Source: Escherichia coli
GTDB lineage: Bacteria > Pseudomonadota > Gammaproteobacteria > Enterobacterales > Enterobacteriaceae
Strand: one strand, 5' to 3'
NCBI RefSeq assembly: GCF_044647545.1
Contig: NZ_CP172818.1
DNA: 64,000 bases
In this document: in pieces, positions 59,448 to 64,000 of the stretch
How the letters are laid out: every line of letters starts with the position of its first letter
Numbering within the stretch: the stretch's first letter is position 1
The notes under the pieces: generated by a model
The model's input: only the letters and a program-made list of their open reading frames with translations
What the model was told of the DNA's origin: nothing
The model's database searches: none
Made by a program: the position numbers and the translations under genes

Positions 59448-62036
59448 TCAGAACGTCCAGACCACACCCGCCTGAGTATTCCACGGCGATTCTACCCCTG
59501 CGCCATTGCCATAACTGACTGACAAATGACCGCTTAACGTCGGGGTAAACGATGACCTTATCCCAGCCTGATAAACGCCACGGGTTCCAGCCACATCATT
59601 ATTAAATTTGCCATCGTCATTAACTTTCACCTGGTTAGAATCGGCGTATTCCTGACGTACGGCGGCTTTCAGCCAGGGTTCCAGCGTCGTACCGTTTTGC
59701 AGGTCCATGTGATAGCTTACCGCCGTTCCCGCTTCAGCCCGTAATATGCGGGTATTTCCCACATCCGCGCGCATGCCGTTTGATAACGTGTAGTCCTGAC
59801 CATCTGTGGTAAAGCCGGTAAAGGCCAGATAAGGTCTAACACTCCACAATCCGTCAACCCAACGGAACCCGCTCTCGACATGAGCACCCGCGCCGTTACT
59901 ATTGTAATCGCCAAACGCTGTTGCCCCATTACTCATCTTGCCATGGATGGTGTTGGCAAAACGGTCAACTTTCACCACCCCATCAACATAGGCACCGTTC
60001 TGATGCTCCCAACCGGCATAAGCCCCCAGGGTATAGCTATCGACATTGCCTTTGCCGCCGCGATCAAAACCAATATCAGAATGAGAGTAACCAAAGAACA
60101 AGCCGCGAATTGTACTGCTTTCTTCACGGGAGAAACGGCTATCGATACCGAGCGTCAGCCCCGTCAATGTTTGCTCAAAGCCAGCTCCCGCATCAGTGGT
60201 CACGTTGTTGCGGGTGTTAATTGCCGAACTCCACATCGCCGTATCGTAATTAACGCCTTTTACGCTACCAAGACGCTCACGCACGGTGTCCAGTTCTGCA
60301 TCAAATACCAGCGGTTGTGCTGCCGCCATATTCAGCACATCAGTGGTTGAAGGGGTAATTTGCGCGCGATTCTCTGCCAGACTCCAGCTATGGTTGCCAT
60401 TATCCAGCAAGGTATATTCATACGTACCGATATCAACAACGCCTCCGGCATTGCCCAACGTAAATGCAGCATCACCGCCGCCCGTCGTTACCAGTGTAAG
60501 GCTATCTCCTGCTGCCGGGCTGGCACCGGTGTCCGTAACGAATATTTTGAAATCACCTGTTGCCTGACCGGTGACGTTGAGCTGATCGCTCTGATGATTA
60601 GCCATATCGGTACGCATATAAAAATTGCCGTTTCCCGACAGGGTATTGGTGGTCAACGTAATGAAATTTTCCGCACTTGCCGTCACTGATGAACGAGTCA
60701 CTGGCTCATCCATCATAATCACATTTGCGTCAGACATCGCAAGGTTGGCTAAGTTGAGGAGGGTGTTTTGGTTCGTCGTAGTGATATCGGCAATGATGGT
60801 CCATGAGCTACCATCGAGCGAAACATCCGCTTTGCTGGTATCCACGGCACCATGCGTTCTTAAAGAAGCGCCCTCAGAAACCACGACACTACCCACCAAC
60901 ATAGCGGGTGCATAATTTATTTGCGGCTTCATGACCTCAAGAATGCCATCATTCCCTCTGACTGAAACGTTAACCATCGTGCCAGCCCAGACATTAGCGC
61001 GGCCATTGTTGATAACCATATTTTCAGAGATGGCTTTAGAGGAATACGTGATACTTCCATTCTGATCTGATCGACCGAGATCATACACCGCATTTGCCTG
61101 CACTCTCGTACCAGTATCCTTTCCCAGCGATTGCATAGTGGCATGCTCATCAAGGATAGTGTCAATGGCCTGCGTGTCCTCCATAACAATGAGCCCGGAA
61201 CCATCATCCAGTTCATAATTTTTTGACACACCATCTTTTATACTAAATTGGCCTTTACTGTTTGTACCACTCACTTCCAGCGCATTCGTTGAGACAATTA
61301 ATTTTCCGCCTGCTTTTTTATCAACGCCAGTTGCAGTCCCGCCATCCATAACCTCCAGTAAGCCGCCATTATCCACAGTGGTATTATAAGCGAAGTCATT
61401 TTCTTCAACTCGCAAACTTCCGCCGTTTTCCAACAGCATATTATTAGCAATACCATTCTTGATATCGAACTGACCGAGACGGTTTGTTCCGAATACCTCC
61501 ATGGCCCGCGTGGTTGTTTTAATCGCACCGCCTGCTTTCTGATCTACCGCAAGCGCAAATCCCCCCTCTTTAACCTCCAGTAGTCCTCCCTTTTCGATAG
61601 CGGCAAAGACGGTCCCCCCATCTTTTTCAACGATTAAGCGCCCGCCTTTAATCGTAGGTTCATTCGCCGCGCCATAAACCTGTAGCACACCATTATTGAG
61701 GGTAGTCTGGTTTGCCGCGCCACCCATTTGAACAATTTGATAACCATCATTTAATACTGAGTATTCTGCGGTGCCATTCATTTCAATGTACTGATACCCG
61801 CCGTTAATTTCAGTATTACTACTTATACCAAATTCTTTAATATGCTGTTCTCCGCCAGGATTGATTTTCGTATTATTGGCAGTCCCATAAACCAGCTGGA
61901 TATCTTTTTCCAGGACAACACCATCAACTGTCTCACCATACTCAACTGTTGATGCCAATGCTATGGGTGATAACGCTGTAGCCACCAGAACAGATATTGC
62001 GGAACGACAAAGAGAAACAGAACCAGATTGATGCAT
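59448..62036 (-). CDS. yejO: Adhesin-like autotransporter YejO (passenger with repeats plus C-terminal beta-barrel); uninterrupted here
   Basis: 862 aa; N-terminal signal peptide MHQSGSVSLCRSAISVLVATALSPIALA; repetitive Gly/Asn/Thr-rich passenger; C-terminal barrel ending AGVVWTF. Confidence 0.88.
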   Translation of the reverse strand: MHQSGSVSLCRSAISVLVATALSPIALASTVEYGETVDGVVLEKDIQLVYGTANNTKINPGGEQHIKEFGISSNTEINGGYQYIEMNGTAEYSVLNDGYQIVQMGGAANQTTLNNGVLQVYGAANEPTIKGGRLIVEKDGGTVFAAIEKGGLLEVKEGGFALAVDQKAGGAIKTTTRAMEVFGTNRLGQFDIKNGIANNMLLENGGSLRVEENDFAYNTTVDNGGLLEVMDGGTATGVDKKAGGKLIVSTNALEVSGTNSKGQFSIKDGVSKNYELDDGSGLIVMEDTQAIDTILDEHATMQSLGKDTGTRVQANAVYDLGRSDQNGSITYSSKAISENMVINNGRANVWAGTMVNVSVRGNDGILEVMKPQINYAPAMLVGSVVVSEGASLRTHGAVDTSKADVSLDGSSWTIIADITTTNQNTLLNLANLAMSDANVIMMDEPVTRSSVTASAENFITLTTNTLSGNGNFYMRTDMANHQSDQLNVTGQATGDFKIFVTDTGASPAAGDSLTLVTTGGGDAAFTLGNAGGVVDIGTYEYTLLDNGNHSWSLAENRAQITPSTTDVLNMAAAQPLVFDAELDTVRERLGSVKGVNYDTAMWSSAINTRNNVTTDAGAGFEQTLTGLTLGIDSRFSREESSTIRGLFFGYSHSDIGFDRGGKGNVDSYTLGAYAGWEHQNGAYVDGVVKVDRFANTIHGKMSNGATAFGDYNSNGAGAHVESGFRWVDGLWSVRPYLAFTGFTTDGQDYTLSNGMRADVGNTRILRAEAGTAVSYHMDLQNGTTLEPWLKAAVRQEYADSNQVKVNDDGKFNNDVAGTRGVYQAGIRSSFTPTLSGHLSVSYGNGAGVESPWNTQAGVVWTF

Positions 62037-62355
62037 TGAGCTTTCATCCTATGAAATTAATTGCTGTTAAAAGCATTGGGTAAAGAAAATACCCATAGCT
62101 CCATACCCGGAGTCAGTTTTTAAAAACTGTTTAAAGAAATGCACAAGTATTGTGATTGATTTTTTAGTTGTTTTTCTTGATGAGAAGCTGATGCAAAATT
62201 CCGTCTTTATAATGAAAATGATGCCAAAGCGAACGACAAGGTTGTAGTTTTCGCTACATGTCCATACATAAAATGGGGTAACATTCACGCGCCTGGTAGC
62301 GTTACCAACGCTACGCTCAAACATAATGATTCTAATAAAACCTCAGGAGACTACT

Positions 62356-63003
62356 ATGCCTGAAGCAACGCCTTTTCAGGTGATGATTGTGGATGATCAT
62401 CCACTTATGCGACGCGGTGTTCGTCAGTTACTGGAGCTTGATCCTGGCTTTGAAGTGGTCGCCGAAGCGGGCGACGGCGCGAGCGCGATCGATCTGGCGA
62501 ATAGACTGGATATCGACGTGATCTTACTGGATCTCAATATGAAAGGTATGAGTGGCCTGGATACCCTCAATGCCTTGCGCAGGGATGGCGTTACCGCGCA
62601 AATTATTATCCTGACCGTATCAGATGCCTCCAGCGATGTCTTTGCGCTGATAGACGCAGGCGCAGACGGTTATCTGTTGAAAGATAGCGACCCGGAAGTG
62701 TTGCTGGAAGCGATTCGTGCCGGAGCGAAAGGCAGCAAAGTCTTTAGCGAACGCGTCAATCAGTACTTACGTGAACGTGAAATGTTTGGCGCGGAAGAAG
62801 ATCCCTTCAGCGTGCTGACGGAGCGCGAGCTGGATGTTCTGCACGAGCTGGCACAGGGGCTGTCAAATAAACAGATTGCCTCGGTGTTGAATATTTCCGA
62901 GCAGACAGTAAAAGTACACATTCGCAATCTGCTGCGTAAACTCAATGTCCGCTCACGCGTGGCGGCCACCATTCTGTTCCTGCAACAACGCGGGGCACAA
63001 TAA
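62356..63003 (+). CDS. narP: Nitrate/nitrite response regulator NarP (NarL/FixJ family)
   Basis: Track ORF 62326..63003 trimmed to MPEATPFQVMIVDDHPLMRRGVRQLLE (215 aa); receiver domain plus LuxR-type HTH. Confidence 0.94.
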   Translation: MPEATPFQVMIVDDHPLMRRGVRQLLELDPGFEVVAEAGDGASAIDLANRLDIDVILLDLNMKGMSGLDTLNALRRDGVTAQIIILTVSDASSDVFALIDAGADGYLLKDSDPEVLLEAIRAGAKGSKVFSERVNQYLREREMFGAEEDPFSVLTERELDVLHELAQGLSNKQIASVLNISEQTVKVHIRNLLRKLNVRSRVAATILFLQQRGAQ

Positions 63004-63006
63004 ATA

Positions 63007-63037
63007 GCCCGATGGCATCACCATCGGGCCTCTTTTT
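63007..63037. terminator. Bidirectional terminator between convergent narP and ccmH
   Basis: GCCCGATGG-CATCA-CCATCGGGC hairpin followed by CTCTTTTTA; the ccmH stop codon overlaps the T-run. Confidence 0.8.
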
Positions 63038-64000
63038 ATTTACTCTCCTGCGGCGACAAATGTTGCATCGCCTGCGCGATACTACGTTCAATCACCGCAC
63101 GGCGAGTATCGTTGGCAGGTAAGAGTTTCAACATCATCTCCCACGCGGCAACGGCTTCGCCAAATCGCTGCTGCTCAAAGGCATTAAACGCATACATGCT
63201 TAACACACGGATATTGCTGTGGTCAGTTCTCACCAACTGGCGTAGCAGTTCACCACCGAGGCGGTTGTCGTTGGGATCAGATGAACGTGTCAACGCTTCA
63301 GCGTATCCGAGCGCCGCATCACTGTTCTTCGGATCGAGGCGATATGCAGTAGCGTATGCATCGGTGGCAATACTGGCGTTACCCAGCGCCATGCCAACGC
63401 GGCCCAACATAATCCAGCCTTCTATATCTCCCGGATTTTTTTGCAGTTGAGTACGCATCCCCAGCGCCAGGCGCGACATCTCTTCTTCGTTGAGCGGATC
63501 GGCTTTCGGATCCAGCGCCCTGTCCAGTAACGCCGGAGCCTGTGCCGTGGCCTGCTGCCAGATTTTCACCTGCTGATAATTGCCCGTCTGGTAGTAGCTG
63601 ACGCCAGCCACAATTAACGCCACCACAATACCCGGCAGATAAACAATATATCCGGCACGCTTACCTTCCGGCACGCTTTGTTCAGGAAACTCTTCCGGCA
63701 CCACGCGTACCCGACGCCGCGAACGGGCGTAAATGACCCAACCGCCAATGCCAATAGCCACTACCGGAAGCACCCACAGCAGCACGGTCAGCGGCGTTAA
63801 CGGCGGATCGTAAGTGACGAAGTTGCCGTAACGCGCCACCATATAATCGACAATCTCTTTCTTACTTTTACCTTCCTGCATCAGTTCATACACTTTCTGG
63901 CGCAGGTCGGTGGCAATCATCGAGTTGGAATCGGCAATGCTGTTGTTCTGGCATTTCGGGCAGCGTAGTTCTTCAGTGAGTTGGCGGAACTGCTGCTCCT
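63036..64000 (-). CDS. ccmH: Cytochrome c-type biogenesis protein CcmH, 3' portion only (5' end beyond window end)
   Basis: Reading frame continues to the window edge; the last 80 nt encode ...EQQFRQLTEELRCPKCQNNSIADS (CXXC motif) upstream of the track ORF start MIATDLRQKVYELMQEGKSKKEIVDYMVARYG. Confidence 0.88.
   Translation of the reverse strand, partial: EQQFRQLTEELRCPKCQNNSIADSNSMIATDLRQKVYELMQEGKSKKEIVDYMVARYGNFVTYDPPLTPLTVLLWVLPVVAIGIGGWVIYARSRRRVRVVPEEFPEQSVPEGKRAGYIVYLPGIVVALIVAGVSYYQTGNYQQVKIWQQATAQAPALLDRALDPKADPLNEEEMSRLALGMRTQLQKNPGDIEGWIMLGRVGMALGNASIATDAYATAYRLDPKNSDAALGYAEALTRSSDPNDNRLGGELLRQLVRTDHSNIRVLSMYAFNAFEQQRFGEAVAAWEMMLKLLPANDTRRAVIERSIAQAMQHLSPQESK

Noticed and set aside
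62067-62324. 85-aa ORF in the yejO-narP divergent intergenic region
   Set aside because: AT-rich promoter region; the translation is low-complexity (Phe/Ile/Lys-rich) with no recognisable motif or ribosome-binding site; more likely promoter DNA for narP and yejO.
59269-62355. Possible genomic island, prophage or integrative element inserted at tRNA-Pro
   Set aside because: No integrase, excisionase, phage or transposase ORFs and no direct repeat of the tRNA 3' end were found; only the single autotransporter gene lies between proL and narP.

Overview
This 64 kb window reads as a contiguous, syntenic stretch of Escherichia coli core chromosome (K-12 map about 48-49 min), running from the 3' part of yohF to the 3' part of ccmH. 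I could assign essentially every long ORF in the six-frame track to a known E. coli protein by N-terminal sequence and length, after trimming several track ORFs to internal start codons. Gene order is yohF, mdtQ, yohP, dusC, yohJK, cdd, sanA, yeiS, preTA, mglCAB, galS, yeiB, folE, yeiG, cirA, lysP, yeiE, yeiH, nfo, yeiI, nupX, rihB, yeiL, psuTGK, fruAKB, setB, yeiW, yeiP, yeiQ, yeiR, lpxT, mepS, pdeN(rtn), yejABEF, yejG, bcr, rsuA, radD(yejH), rplY, yejK, yejL, yejM, tRNA-Pro(proL), yejO, narP, ccmH. I found no transposase, integrase, phage genes, CRISPR array or rRNA. I do not see convincing evidence for a novel multi-gene system here. The most interesting items are: (1) two paralogous nucleoside-catabolism modules around yeiL, including the uncharacterised HTH-kinase fusion yeiI; (2) a hairpin conserved between the rihB-nupX and psuG-psuT spacers; (3) a GC-rich multi-palindrome element between yohP and dusC; (4) apparently intact mdtQ and yejO, which I recall as pseudogenes in the K-12 MG1655 reference, suggesting a non-MG1655 strain. 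All gene identifications are from memory of E. coli proteins, not from a database search.
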